A stretch of 64,000 nucleotides of DNA from an uncultured Gemmatimonadales bacterium. Lineage in GTDB: Bacteria; Gemmatimonadota; Gemmatimonadetes; Gemmatimonadales; GWC2-71-9. Shown here in pieces: positions 11,858-21,191 of this stretch (the stretch's first letter is position 1; each line of letters starts with the position of its first letter). The DNA lies in contig CAWJIM010000002.1 of the NCBI GenBank assembly GCA_963842945.1, positions 128,001-192,000 of the forward strand, written 5' to 3'. The notes beneath the pieces are model-generated. The model did no database searches and was not told where the DNA came from. It worked only from the letters and a program-made list of their open reading frames with translations. The translations under genes were made by a program, and so were the position numbers.

Positions 11858-12396
11858 ATCGCGCCGTCTTTCTGGACCGCGACGGAACCATCATCGGAGA
11901 CGTGGGATACCTGCGCGATCCCGAGCAGGTCCGGCTGCTGCCCGGAGCTGCCGCCGCCATCGAGCGGCTGAACCGGAGCGGGTGGCTGGTTCTGGTAATC
12001 ACCAACCAGTCCGGCATTGCCCGGGGGCTACTCACCGAAGACGACTACCGCCGCACCGAGTATCGCCTGGACGAGCTCTTGGATGAGGCAGGCGCGCATC
12101 TCGATGGTCACTACTGGTGCCCCCACCTGCCCGATGTGAGCGGGCCGTGCCGGTGTCGCAAGCCGGGAACGCTGCTGTATGAACAAGCGGCCGAGCGGTT
12201 CGACATCGACATGAAGAGGAGCTGGTGGGTGGGCGACCGGGCCCGCGACGTGCTTCCCGCAGCGGCGTTCGAGGGCCGCGGCGTGTTGCTGCTGGGAGAC
12301 CTGGCCGATCCCGAGCCGGCTGCCACAGGACATCGGGTTCTCCAGGCTCGCGATCTTGCCGGCGCAGTCGAGCTCATTCTCCGCTCCGACTCCTAG
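11854..12396 (+). CDS. gmhB: D-glycero-D-manno-heptose 1,7-bisphosphate phosphatase (HAD IIIA)
   Basis: FLDRDGTI, TNQSGIARG, CPH...CRCRKP and VGDR motifs. Confidence 0.9.
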   Translation: MNRAVFLDRDGTIIGDVGYLRDPEQVRLLPGAAAAIERLNRSGWLVLVITNQSGIARGLLTEDDYRRTEYRLDELLDEAGAHLDGHYWCPHLPDVSGPCRCRKPGTLLYEQAAERFDIDMKRSWWVGDRARDVLPAAAFEGRGVLLLGDLADPEPAATGHRVLQARDLAGAVELILRSDS

Positions 12397-12430
12397 CTCC
12401 TGACGCTTACGTCCCTTAGCTTCCCGGCCC

Positions 12431-13012
12431 ATGACCATGCGGATTGCCGTGGCCATATCGGGCCGCGGCAGCAACCTCGATGCGCTGCTGCACGCCCTCG
12501 GGCCCGGCGCACCGGCGGAGATCGCTCTGGTGCTGAGCGACCGCTCGGCTCCGGGACTCGAATTAGCGAGAGCGCGGCAGATTCCGGCGGTCGTGTTGAC
12601 TGACTCGGGCGACGGAGAGGCGTGGCTCGCGCTGCTCGGCCGGCACCAGATAGAGTTGCTGGTGCTCGCGGGCTACCTCAGGTTGGTCCCCTTTGTCGGT
12701 GATCGCCGCGTATCGGGAACGCATCATCAATATCCACCCTGCGCTGCTGCCGGACTTCGGAGGAAAGGGCATGTACGGCCGCAGGGTGCATCAGGCGGTG
12801 CTCGACAGCGGAGCGCGAGAGACCGGCGCCACCGTCCACCTGGTCGACGAGGAGTACGACCGGGGAGCGGTGCTGGCGCAGGCGCGAGTGCCGGTCCTCC
12901 CGGGGGACACGCCGGACCTGCTGGCACAGCGCGTCCTCGAGGTTGAGCATCGCCTGCTTCCCGCGGTGGTGCTCGCGGCGGCCCGGGCGGGACGGGTGGT
13001 GGGTTTGAATGA
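12431..13012 (+). CDS. purN: Phosphoribosylglycinamide formyltransferase (indel near 12692; probable homopolymer error at the stop)
   Basis: SGRGSNL, LAGYLRL, INIHPALLP and GATVHLVDEEYDRG. Confidence 0.93.
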
Positions 13013-13106
13013 GTCACGAGTCGCGAGTCGAGTCCGAGGGAGACCGCCTGGTCAGGCGTCTGATGCCCTAAACTCGCGACTCGTGACTCGCGACTCGCGA
13101 CTGACT
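13011..13106. repeat. Heptamer tandem inverted repeat (GAGTCRC / GYGACTC)
   Basis: gagtcacgagtcgcgagtcgagtc ... actcgcgactcgtgactcgcgactcgcgactgac between purN and purH. Confidence 0.8.
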
Positions 13107-13109
13107 AAC

Positions 13110-14639
13110 ATGCCCCGCGCCCTCATCTCCGTCAGCGACAAACGCGGCGTCGTGGCCTTCGCCCGGGGTCTTACCGATCTGGGCTGGGAGATTATCTCGA
13201 CCGGCGGAACCGCCGCCGCACTTCGCTCGGGCGACGTACCCGTCATCGAGGTGGAGAAGTTGACCGGGTTTCCCGAGCTGCTGGACGGCCGGGTCAAGAC
13301 CCTGCACCCCATGATCCATGGCGCCCTCCTCGCTCGACGCGATCTGCCCGAACACGTGGCGGCGCTCGAGCGGCACAAGATCATCCCGATCGACCTGGTG
13401 GCGGTGAATCTCTATCCCTTCCAGCTCACCATCTCCAATCAGAACGCCACGCTGGAAGACGCCCTGGAGAATATCGACGTCGGGGGACCTTCCATGCTCC
13501 GCTCTGCTGCCAAGAATCACGAGTCGGTGCTGCCGGTCGTGGACCCCACCGATTACCCGCTGGTGCTGGAGATGCTCCGGAAGGGAGAGGTCGACCGGGG
13601 CACCCGGCGAGAGTTTGCCGCCAAGGTGTTTGCCCACACGTCGGACTACGACTCCGCCATTGCGGCCTATCTCACGCCACCGGACGACGGTCTGCCCAGC
13701 CGGCTGGGAATAGCGATGGAGCGGATGCAGGCGTTGCGCTACGGGGAAAATCCCACTCAGCGGGCGGCGCTCTACGTGACCGAAGAGCCGAGGGGAATGC
13801 GGGACCTGGCCCAGCGCCAGGGCAAGGAGCTGTCCTTCAACAATCTGCTCGACATCGAAGCCGCCATGGCGGCCGTAGCGTGTTGGAGCACTCGGCCCGC
13901 GTGTGCGGTGATCAAGCATACGACTCCCTGCGGCATCGCGGTCGCCGGCTCCGCGCTCGAGGCCTTCAAGAATGCCCGGGCGACCGATCCGGTCTCGGCC
14001 TTCGGCTCGGTGATCGGCTTCAACACCATAGTGGACCACGCCACCGCGGTGGCGATGAGCGACCTCTTCGTCGAGGTGGTGGTCGCACCCTCCTTTCACG
14101 CCGAGGCGCTCGAGGTTTTCGCCGGCAAGAAGCAGCTCCGGGTTGTGGAGCTGCCGGTGAGCGGGGGCGCGGGCACGCTGGATTTCAAGCGGGTGCGCGG
14201 TGGGTTTCTGGTGCAGGATCGGTTTTACTTCGATCCGTCGGAGGAAGGTTGGAACGTTGCGTCGCAGCGCCAGCCCAGCGAATCAGAGTGGAACGACCTG
14301 CGCTTCAGCTGGGCCGCGGTGGCGTCGGTCAAGTCCAACGCCATTCTGCTGGCCCGCGGCGAGATGGCCATCGGCATCGGGGCCGGCCAGATGAGCCGGG
14401 TGGACAGCGTGTTCCTCGCCCTGCACAAGGCTCGCCAACAGGGACACGACCCCGCCGGCAGCGTGCTTGCGTCAGATGCATTTTTCCCCTTTGCCGACAG
14501 CATCGAGCTTGCCGCCGAGGCCGGAGTCACGGCAATCATCCAGCCGGGCGGATCGATCCGGGACAATGAGGTCGTGAGTGCAGCCGACCGGAGCGGGATA
14601 GCCATGGTGATGACGGGGCGGCGGCAGTTCAGACATTGA
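13110..14639 (+). CDS. purH: Bifunctional AICAR transformylase / IMP cyclohydrolase
   Basis: MPRALISVSDK, GRVKTLHP, LRYGENP, GAGQMSRVDS and SDAFFPF. Confidence 0.97.
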   Translation: MPRALISVSDKRGVVAFARGLTDLGWEIISTGGTAAALRSGDVPVIEVEKLTGFPELLDGRVKTLHPMIHGALLARRDLPEHVAALERHKIIPIDLVAVNLYPFQLTISNQNATLEDALENIDVGGPSMLRSAAKNHESVLPVVDPTDYPLVLEMLRKGEVDRGTRREFAAKVFAHTSDYDSAIAAYLTPPDDGLPSRLGIAMERMQALRYGENPTQRAALYVTEEPRGMRDLAQRQGKELSFNNLLDIEAAMAAVACWSTRPACAVIKHTTPCGIAVAGSALEAFKNARATDPVSAFGSVIGFNTIVDHATAVAMSDLFVEVVVAPSFHAEALEVFAGKKQLRVVELPVSGGAGTLDFKRVRGGFLVQDRFYFDPSEEGWNVASQRQPSESEWNDLRFSWAAVASVKSNAILLARGEMAIGIGAGQMSRVDSVFLALHKARQQGHDPAGSVLASDAFFPFADSIELAAEAGVTAIIQPGGSIRDNEVVSAADRSGIAMVMTGRRQFRH

Positions 14640-14696
14640 AGAGCCCGGCCCTCATGGGCCGGGGTGGTGAAATGGTGAAAGACGAAAGGTGAAACA

Positions 14697-17057
14697 GTGA
14701 CAGTGACAAGCGCGAGGTCAGCGGTGAGAGGTGAGCAAGCCGGGTACGCGAGTGTGGACCAGGAGAGGCCGCCGTACGTCTGGGCTGCACTCACGGCGCT
14801 CGTCGTGCTTGCCATCTATCTGGCGACGCTGGCGCCCACGACCGCCTTCTGGGACACCTCGGAGTACATCGCCGCCGCCAAGGTGCTCGGCATCCCTCAC
14901 CCACCGGGCAATCCGCTTTTCGTCATCCTGGCGCACACCTTCGGCCTGCTGCCGCTGGCCGCGTCATACGCGGTGCGGATCAACCTGTTCGCGGCCGTAA
15001 CCAGCGCGGCCTCGGCCGGACTCTGGTTCCTGGTGGCGGAGCGGTGGCTCAGGGGGATCGTGGCGCCGCGCTGGGCGCGCTATGCCGCCGCCTTCGGCGG
15101 GGTCTTGGTGGGCGCGACATCCTGGACGGTATGGAATCAGTCCACCGTGAACGAGAAGGTGTACACGGTGTCGCTGCTCTCGATAGCGCTGGTAATGTGG
15201 CTGGTGGTGCGCTGGGGAGACGACGAGCCTGGAACCCATCGGGATCGGTGGCTGGTGCTCATCGCCTATGTGCTGGCGCTGACCTCCACCAACCACCTCA
15301 TGGGAGTACTGGCCCTGCCGGCCCTGGTCGTGTACGTGCTCTGGACCGATTGGCGCACGGTGCTCCGGCCCTGGGCCATCGTGACCTTCTATGCCCTGCT
15401 CCTGGCGTTGACCGGAGAGTGGATCGCCATGCTGCACGGAGGCGCGGCCGGCGGTCTCCTGATTCTCCTCACCCTCGGGGTGCTGGGGTACGCGGTGTGG
15501 AAGACGCCGCGTGATCCGCTGGTCTATCTCGGCCTGCTGGCGGTAATCGTCGGCATTTCGCTGAACTACTTCTGGCTCCCGCTTCGGGCCGCCCAATACC
15601 CGGCTATCAATGAAGGCGAGCCGGTCGGGTTTCTGAGCCAGTCGCTGCAGGACGTGCTGAACCGGGTGCAGTACGGCAAGCCGCCGCTGTCCCAGCGACA
15701 GGCCACCTTCGGGTCTCAGCTGGCCAATTTCTGGCAGTACTTCTCCTGGCAGTTCGCCCGCGACTGGGGGCAACTCGGCAGAGCAGCCACCGGGGTGTTC
15801 ACCGTGTTGGGTCTCACCGGCATGTGGGAGCTATGGAAGCGCGATCGCCGCGCTGGCATTGCCTGTGTCGCCCTCCTGGCGACGCTCTCGCTCGGGCTGG
15901 TCTACTACATGAACTTCAAGTACGGGTTCTCCCAGTATCCCGGAGAGCCTTCCCTGCCCCGCGAGGTGCGCGAGCGCGACTACTTCTTCGTGGGCTCGTT
16001 TGCCGTGTATGGCGCGTTCGTGGCGCTCGGGCTCGGTGCGGTGATGCGCCGCGTCGTCGAGTTTCTCCGGGACCGCGGCACACCCGCCAGCCGATGGGCA
16101 ATGGCGTCTCCGGTTCTGGCTCTCGCCCTGATTCCCCTGCTGGGGAACCGGGTCACCGCCAGCCGGGCGCACGAGACCATCCCGCGAGACTTCGCCTACG
16201 ACATTCTGCAGTCGGTCGAGCCCTACGGGATTCTCATCACCGCCGGAGACAACGACACATTTCCGCTCTGGTACGCCCAGGAGGTCGAAGGTATCCGGCG
16301 GGACGTCACCCTGGCCAACCTGTCGCTGATGAACACGCGGTGGCACCTCCGCCAGCTTCGGCGCAGAGAGACGCCTGCCTTCGATCCGTCCAGGGCGGCG
16401 TCGCTATGGAAGCCCACCGAAGAGCCCGGAGTTCCCCTCACCGATACGGCCGGGGCCGCGAACAAGCCCGCCAGCAAGTGGCCCCGCCCGACCGAGCCGG
16501 TGTTCAGTCTGAGCGAGGTTCAGCTGGACAGTCTGCCGGAGGCGATGCAGGTGCCCGCCAAGGGAGGCATAGCCTTCGACAGCCTGCGGCTCGATTTCGG
16601 CCAGGACGTTCTCATGCTCCAGGATCTGGCTTCGATCTTTCTGATTCGTGACAACCTGGGCAAGCGTCCGGTGTTCTTCAGCTGGAGCGACGGCGGATAC
16701 CCCGATCAGACTCTGGGTCTGAGCCCCTACCTGGTGTCGCAGGGCTTCGTCAGGAAGCTGATGCCCAAGCCGGTGGTGCCCAATGACTCGATCGTGCTGA
16801 ATCCCAGCCTGGGGTACCTCGACGTGCCGCGCACCGAGAAGCTGCTGTGGGACGTGTATCACTGGAGGTCCGCCGCGCGTCCGCGGCCGCGCGGCTGGGT
16901 GGATCAGCCCTCGGGCTCGATTCTACAGCTGTATGCGGTGGTATACGGCGGTGCGGCGAAGTCGCTGGCGGCTGCGGGACAAAAAGCGGAAGGTGCGCGG
17001 GCCGACTCAGTGGCGAATGCGGTGAGCCGGAGTCTGGGCCGGGAAAATCCGTTCTAG
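14697..17057 (+). CDS. DUF2723 / TMEM260-like membrane glycosyltransferase (start may be GTG 14754)
   Basis: TLAPTTAFWDTSEYI...GIPHPPGNPLF, EVRERDYFF and GDNDTFPLWYAQEVEG; multiple TM segments. Confidence 0.85.
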   Translation: MTVTSARSAVRGEQAGYASVDQERPPYVWAALTALVVLAIYLATLAPTTAFWDTSEYIAAAKVLGIPHPPGNPLFVILAHTFGLLPLAASYAVRINLFAAVTSAASAGLWFLVAERWLRGIVAPRWARYAAAFGGVLVGATSWTVWNQSTVNEKVYTVSLLSIALVMWLVVRWGDDEPGTHRDRWLVLIAYVLALTSTNHLMGVLALPALVVYVLWTDWRTVLRPWAIVTFYALLLALTGEWIAMLHGGAAGGLLILLTLGVLGYAVWKTPRDPLVYLGLLAVIVGISLNYFWLPLRAAQYPAINEGEPVGFLSQSLQDVLNRVQYGKPPLSQRQATFGSQLANFWQYFSWQFARDWGQLGRAATGVFTVLGLTGMWELWKRDRRAGIACVALLATLSLGLVYYMNFKYGFSQYPGEPSLPREVRERDYFFVGSFAVYGAFVALGLGAVMRRVVEFLRDRGTPASRWAMASPVLALALIPLLGNRVTASRAHETIPRDFAYDILQSVEPYGILITAGDNDTFPLWYAQEVEGIRRDVTLANLSLMNTRWHLRQLRRRETPAFDPSRAASLWKPTEEPGVPLTDTAGAANKPASKWPRPTEPVFSLSEVQLDSLPEAMQVPAKGGIAFDSLRLDFGQDVLMLQDLASIFLIRDNLGKRPVFFSWSDGGYPDQTLGLSPYLVSQGFVRKLMPKPVVPNDSIVLNPSLGYLDVPRTEKLLWDVYHWRSAARPRPRGWVDQPSGSILQLYAVVYGGAAKSLAAAGQKAEGARADSVANAVSRSLGRENPF

Positions 17058-17509
17058 TCGATGTGGTGGGGCCTCGCTGCGGCGGCGGCGCGGCCGACGT
17101 CGAGCTGGGATCCTCCCCCATTCCAGGTTTCCCAGGTCAGGGGACAACCCTGGCCAAACGGAGGCGCCGGGTGACCCGGGCGGCCAATCAGATCGTGTAA
17201 CATCTCGTGGCGGACCACCATCTCATCCATCGACCATTCGCTGGCCAGGAAGATATGGTGATCGCTTCTCCAGTGGCCGGCGCACTGGCCGCTGGAGCAG
17301 GAGAAGCTGGCTCCCTCGATGGTGGACCAGCGCACCCGGTCGAAATCTCCACTCAGACCGGAACACGCCTGGGTCTTGGCCCACCACTCGCGATAGACCG
17401 GGGGCGGATCGAGCGGGGTGTCCCCCACCGGATCGAAGCCGCACCCGGTCAATCCCCCCACCAGGAGCGTCGCCCAACTCAGCCGCGCCAGCGTCGATCG
17501 TCCTAGCAT
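17054..17509 (-). CDS. Hypothetical lipoprotein with HExxH zincin-like motif
   Basis: LTGC lipobox; VVRHEMLHDL...GH; four Cys besides the lipobox Cys. Confidence 0.65.
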   Translation of the reverse strand: MLGRSTLARLSWATLLVGGLTGCGFDPVGDTPLDPPPVYREWWAKTQACSGLSGDFDRVRWSTIEGASFSCSSGQCAGHWRSDHHIFLASEWSMDEMVVRHEMLHDLIGRPGHPAPPFGQGCPLTWETWNGGGSQLDVGRAAAAARPHHID

Positions 17510-17624
17510 CCGCTCTCCGACAAACCAGTGACCGGCGGACGCACCCGTGCGTCCCCCGAGGTAGCTCTGGTATCGGCAGGATGGGCTGGGAACTAAAGGT
17601 TGGAGACCGGCGGCGAGAAGAGCT

Positions 17625-17650
17625 GGAGCCGGCCCCTTGGAGCCGGCTCC
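17625..17650. terminator. GC-rich hairpin after the 17657-18682 gene
   Basis: ggagccggc...gccggctcc inverted repeat directly downstream of the stop codon. Confidence 0.5.
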
Positions 17651-17656
17651 CGGTGG

Positions 17657-18682
17657 TTATTTCTTGCAGGCCTTCTTAGGCATGCCCTCGGCGATTTTCT
17701 TGAGGTCGGCCAACGCTTCCTTGATTCCCGGCCGTTCGTAGTACTCGAGGAAGTGTTCGTCGTACTGCCAGAGGAAGAATGCGCAGAGCGGCGCGTTGTT
17801 CAGATACTTGGTTCCCCAGGCTCTGAGCTCATCGGCGTTCATGGCGAACTTCCCCTCGGCTGCTCCGGGGATGCCGCTGTCCTTGCTGCCGCCATTCAGG
17901 ACGTTCAGGCCGCCGATCAGCGCGAGATGCAGATCCTCAGCGCCCTGAACCATCTCGGTGATGAACTCGTCCACATCGCCCAGCCGATCCAGGTAATGAA
18001 TCCGCACTGCATCGAGATACCGGTATTGGTACCCGCCGGCCTTGAGGTAGTCGGGATAGGCCCGGATAACAGTGGGCATCGTCGGCCAGATCCCCTTGCT
18101 GTACTCGGCCATCTCGTCGATCTCTGCCGGAGTGACCTGGTCGCCGTTCCAATTGCTGGGGTCGCTCGGCTCGTCCATCAGGAAATGACCGACGATGGTG
18201 CCCTCGTCGATGTACTTCTGCAGATCGAGTGGCCGGTAGCGGTCGACCCGCGCCTTCCAGATCGACATGTTGAAGCCGTTCGCATCTCGGATATTGGTCT
18301 CTTTACCGGTGAAGTTGATCAACACCCGGGTATCGCTCCGCCGCGCCTTCTCCAGGTCGGCAATCAGGGTCTCCGCGTGCCCGGAGAGAATGGTGCCGTT
18401 GAAATTCGGGGCAAACGTCTCGGGCGGCTGCTGAGCCGGGCCGAACGGGATGCCGGTGTAGGTCGGATCATACGGCGGCAGGGAGTCGCCCGGCGGCGGC
18501 GGTGTCGGAGGCCCACTGTCCACCGGGGGCGTTACCGTTGTGTCAGGCGGCGGCGTGGTTGGAGTAGAGTCCGTTCCGGTGGTGTCAGGTCTTCCGAGGT
18601 CCGCGCTCGGACCCGAACTGTCACAGGCGGCCGCGCCCAGGAGAAGCGCGATAAGTGCCAGGCAAGAACGATGTTGCGGCAT
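17657..18682 (-). CDS. Hypothetical lipoprotein, possible glycoside-hydrolase-like TIM barrel
   Basis: AAAC lipobox, Pro/Thr linker, GHFLMDEP motif; strong GC3 codon bias. Confidence 0.7.
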   Translation of the reverse strand: MPQHRSCLALIALLLGAAACDSSGPSADLGRPDTTGTDSTPTTPPPDTTVTPPVDSGPPTPPPPGDSLPPYDPTYTGIPFGPAQQPPETFAPNFNGTILSGHAETLIADLEKARRSDTRVLINFTGKETNIRDANGFNMSIWKARVDRYRPLDLQKYIDEGTIVGHFLMDEPSDPSNWNGDQVTPAEIDEMAEYSKGIWPTMPTVIRAYPDYLKAGGYQYRYLDAVRIHYLDRLGDVDEFITEMVQGAEDLHLALIGGLNVLNGGSKDSGIPGAAEGKFAMNADELRAWGTKYLNNAPLCAFFLWQYDEHFLEYYERPGIKEALADLKKIAEGMPKKACKK

Positions 18683-18956
18683 ACGATATGTGACTCAGCG
18701 CCCTGTGGTGAACCTGCCAGAGGGGGCGCGGCGGGCTGACCGTCCCGGAGGCATCTGATTTTGGAGGTACTCTAGACGTACCGATGTGTAAAGATTTGCA
18801 GTGCACAGGGGTGATTGTCAATGTCTGAGTGCGATTCTCGGTTTTAACCGGCCCCGTCAGCGAAACGACGCTAAGCTGCCGAACTACGGCTGGCGGCACT
18901 TGGCAATCTGCATGAGCTTGCGCGGGCAAAGCGAGGAGACTCAAGAATTTGCCGAA

Positions 18957-18999
18957 AGTGATCCAGATCACATCAGAGGCCGACCCCGGCGTGTACAAC
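18957..18999 (+). promoter_or_regulatory. CRP/FNR-family binding site with -10 element (class II geometry)
   Basis: AGTGA-TCCAGA-TCACA (18957-18972); TACAAC at 18994-18999; AAGGAG RBS before ATG 19031. Confidence 0.55.
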
Positions 19000-19030
19000 T
19001 CGTACTCCCTCAGACCCTAAGGAGTAGCAT

Positions 19031-19678
19031 ATGCGTAACAGCCGAGCCGTTCGCGGGACCCTGGCAGTGGGGCTCGTTGCTGTCGGCGTGCTCGCCGCAT
19101 GCAGTTCTTCCAACCGCAAGGCGGGCGGCGAGCAGAACCAGGCGGCCTCGGCTGATACCTCCGCCGATACTGCAGCCAAGGGCGCCACGGGCGGTGCCCC
19201 CGCCGCAGCTCCGCCGGCCGGAATGTCCGATGCCAACATCGTCGCCCTCCTCGATGCCGCGAACAAGGCGGATAGCTCGGGTGGAGCGCTTGCCGCCAAG
19301 AAGGCTACGAATGCGGAAGTGAAAGCCTTCGCCCGGTTGATGATGTCGGAGCATCACGCGCTTCGAGCCGAGGGCCAGGCGCTCGCCAAGCAGCTGGGCG
19401 TAGAGCCCAAGGCGCCGGAGCACGATCCGCTAGCGCCCTATGTCGCGAACGAGATGAAGACTCTGCAGAGCACTGCGAAGGGAGCGGAGTTCGACCGGAC
19501 CTACATCGACAACGAGGTGAGTGTTCACCAAGCGGTGCTCGACTTCGCCAACCAGGCCCGGGTCAGCACCCAGACGCCACAGCTCAAGGAGCTGATCGAG
19601 AAGGCGATTCCGGTGATCCGGAAACATCTGGATCAGGCGACGGAGCTCCAGAAGAAGCTGACACCGGCGGCGGCGTAG
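19031..19678 (+). CDS. DUF4142 domain-containing lipoprotein (ferritin-like)
   Basis: LAAC lipobox; SDANI...EVKAFARLMMSEH...GAEFDRTYIDNEVSVH...IRKHL. Confidence 0.88.
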   Translation: MRNSRAVRGTLAVGLVAVGVLAACSSSNRKAGGEQNQAASADTSADTAAKGATGGAPAAAPPAGMSDANIVALLDAANKADSSGGALAAKKATNAEVKAFARLMMSEHHALRAEGQALAKQLGVEPKAPEHDPLAPYVANEMKTLQSTAKGAEFDRTYIDNEVSVHQAVLDFANQARVSTQTPQLKELIEKAIPVIRKHLDQATELQKKLTPAAA

Positions 19679-19702
19679 CCGAAGGACACCTGGGGTTCGC
19701 TT

Positions 19703-19810
19703 CGGGCGAGCCGATGCCCTTCCGGGCCGCAGGCGGGCGCTGCGTCATAATTGGATCCAGCACAGAGGCGGCCGCGCCCTAACGCGGCCTCCAGGGCAAT
19801 CGGCTCACCC
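19703..19810. repeat. Palindromic REPIN/MITE-like element, copy 2
   Basis: cgggcgagccgatgccct...agggcaatcggctcaccc; colinear with the reverse complement of 3690-3807; lies between convergent genes. Confidence 0.8.
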
Positions 19811-19865
19811 TGCGCTCACCACCAACCTTGATCTCCACTGGCGGCTGGCGACTGGCGACTCTCGA

Positions 19866-21191
19866 CTACTTATAACTCACCCTCCAGATCGTTCCCCGCT
19901 GGTCGTCCGAGATGTACAACGCTCCGTCGGGCCCACCGCCAGGCCGGCGGGCCGATGGGCCGCCATTCCCGGATCCTTTCTTGCACCGGCGAATCCATCG
20001 GCGAACACCTGATACGATCCCGAGGCCTTTCCATTCGCCATCGGTTGGAAGACGACGTTGTAGCCCTCCTGCGGCTCGGGCGCCCGGTTCCAGGATCCGT
20101 GGAAAGCGATGAAGGCGCCGCCTCGGTACTCCTGAGGGAACATGGTGCCGTGGTAGAAGGTCAGCGCGTTCGGAGCCCAGTGCGCCGGAAATGCGGCGAC
20201 AGGACCCAGCTTCTCCGCGCAGCGCCCGACCTCTTTCCGTCGCCGCCGTACTCCGGCGCCAGCACCAGACGCTTGGCCTCCGGGTCGTAGTAGCAGTAGG
20301 GCCAGCCGTAGTCTCCGCCCTGCTGGATCCGAAGCAGCTCTTCGGCCGGCAGGTTGGCGCTCTGCTTCCAGTTGTAACAGCTTGGGCCAGTTCTCCCCTA
20401 ACTGATCGCGGCCGTGCTGGGTGGAGTAGAGGGTACCGTCGCTGTACAAGGCGAGGCCGTCGGCGTTCCGGATTCCGGTAGCATATCGCTGGCTGGGGCC
20501 GTAGCGTTGCCCGGGCTGGTGAGAGAAGCGCCAGATGCCGGCGCGTTTCTCCAGCTCCTGGCAGGGATCGCGGCCCTTCGATCCCGCCTGGCGATCCTTG
20601 ACCTGACAGGCATTGGTGGCCGAGCCCACGTTGACGAACAGGTTCTGGCCGTCGACGGCGATGGGATGCATCGTGTGGCCGCCCTTGGTCGGCAGCGCGC
20701 TCACGATGACCTCCGGCTTCCCGCTGGGGACCGGGTCGCTGCCCGACAACCGGTAGCGCACGATGGTGCTGTCGGCCTCGGCGTACAGCTCGTTGCCGTT
20801 CAGGGCGATGCCGGTGCCGCCTTTGCTGCCGGATTCACTGGTGCTGCCGAAGCGGCGGATGTCATCGGCCCGGCCGTCGGAGTTGGTGTCGCGCAGGGCG
20901 ATGAGGTAGCCGCCCGGGGGCACCCGCCGAGTGGTGTCGTGAGGACGAACGCCAGGTGTTGGCGTAGATGGTTCCACCCGGACCGGCCGCGATGTGCCGG
21001 GTTTGGCCCAGGCTCTCCGCGAAGACCGTAGCGGTAAAGCCTGGAGGAAGCTTGAGCTGCACCTGGCCGGAGGCGGCCGCAGCGCTGCGCGCCGTATCGG
21101 CCCGGGTGGTGTCAGAAGCGGATCGGCCGCGCTCGCCGTTGCTGCAGCCGAGCGCCGCACTTGCCGCGGCAACCAGAAATACCGTCTTCAT
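19866..21191 (-). CDS. PQQ-dependent sugar / L-sorbosone dehydrogenase family lipoprotein (several indels)
   Basis: ALGC lipobox, LKLPPGFTATVFA, ATGIRNADG, DYGWPYCY, AFHGSWNRAP and LYISDD. Confidence 0.85.

Noticed and set aside
12693..14639. PurN-PurH fusion protein (648-aa ORF)
   Set aside because: The linker is a translated heptamer repeat. One extra G in GTGGGTTTGAATGA gives VVGFE* and purH has its own ATG at 13110, so the fusion is probably an artefact, though read polishing is needed to exclude it.
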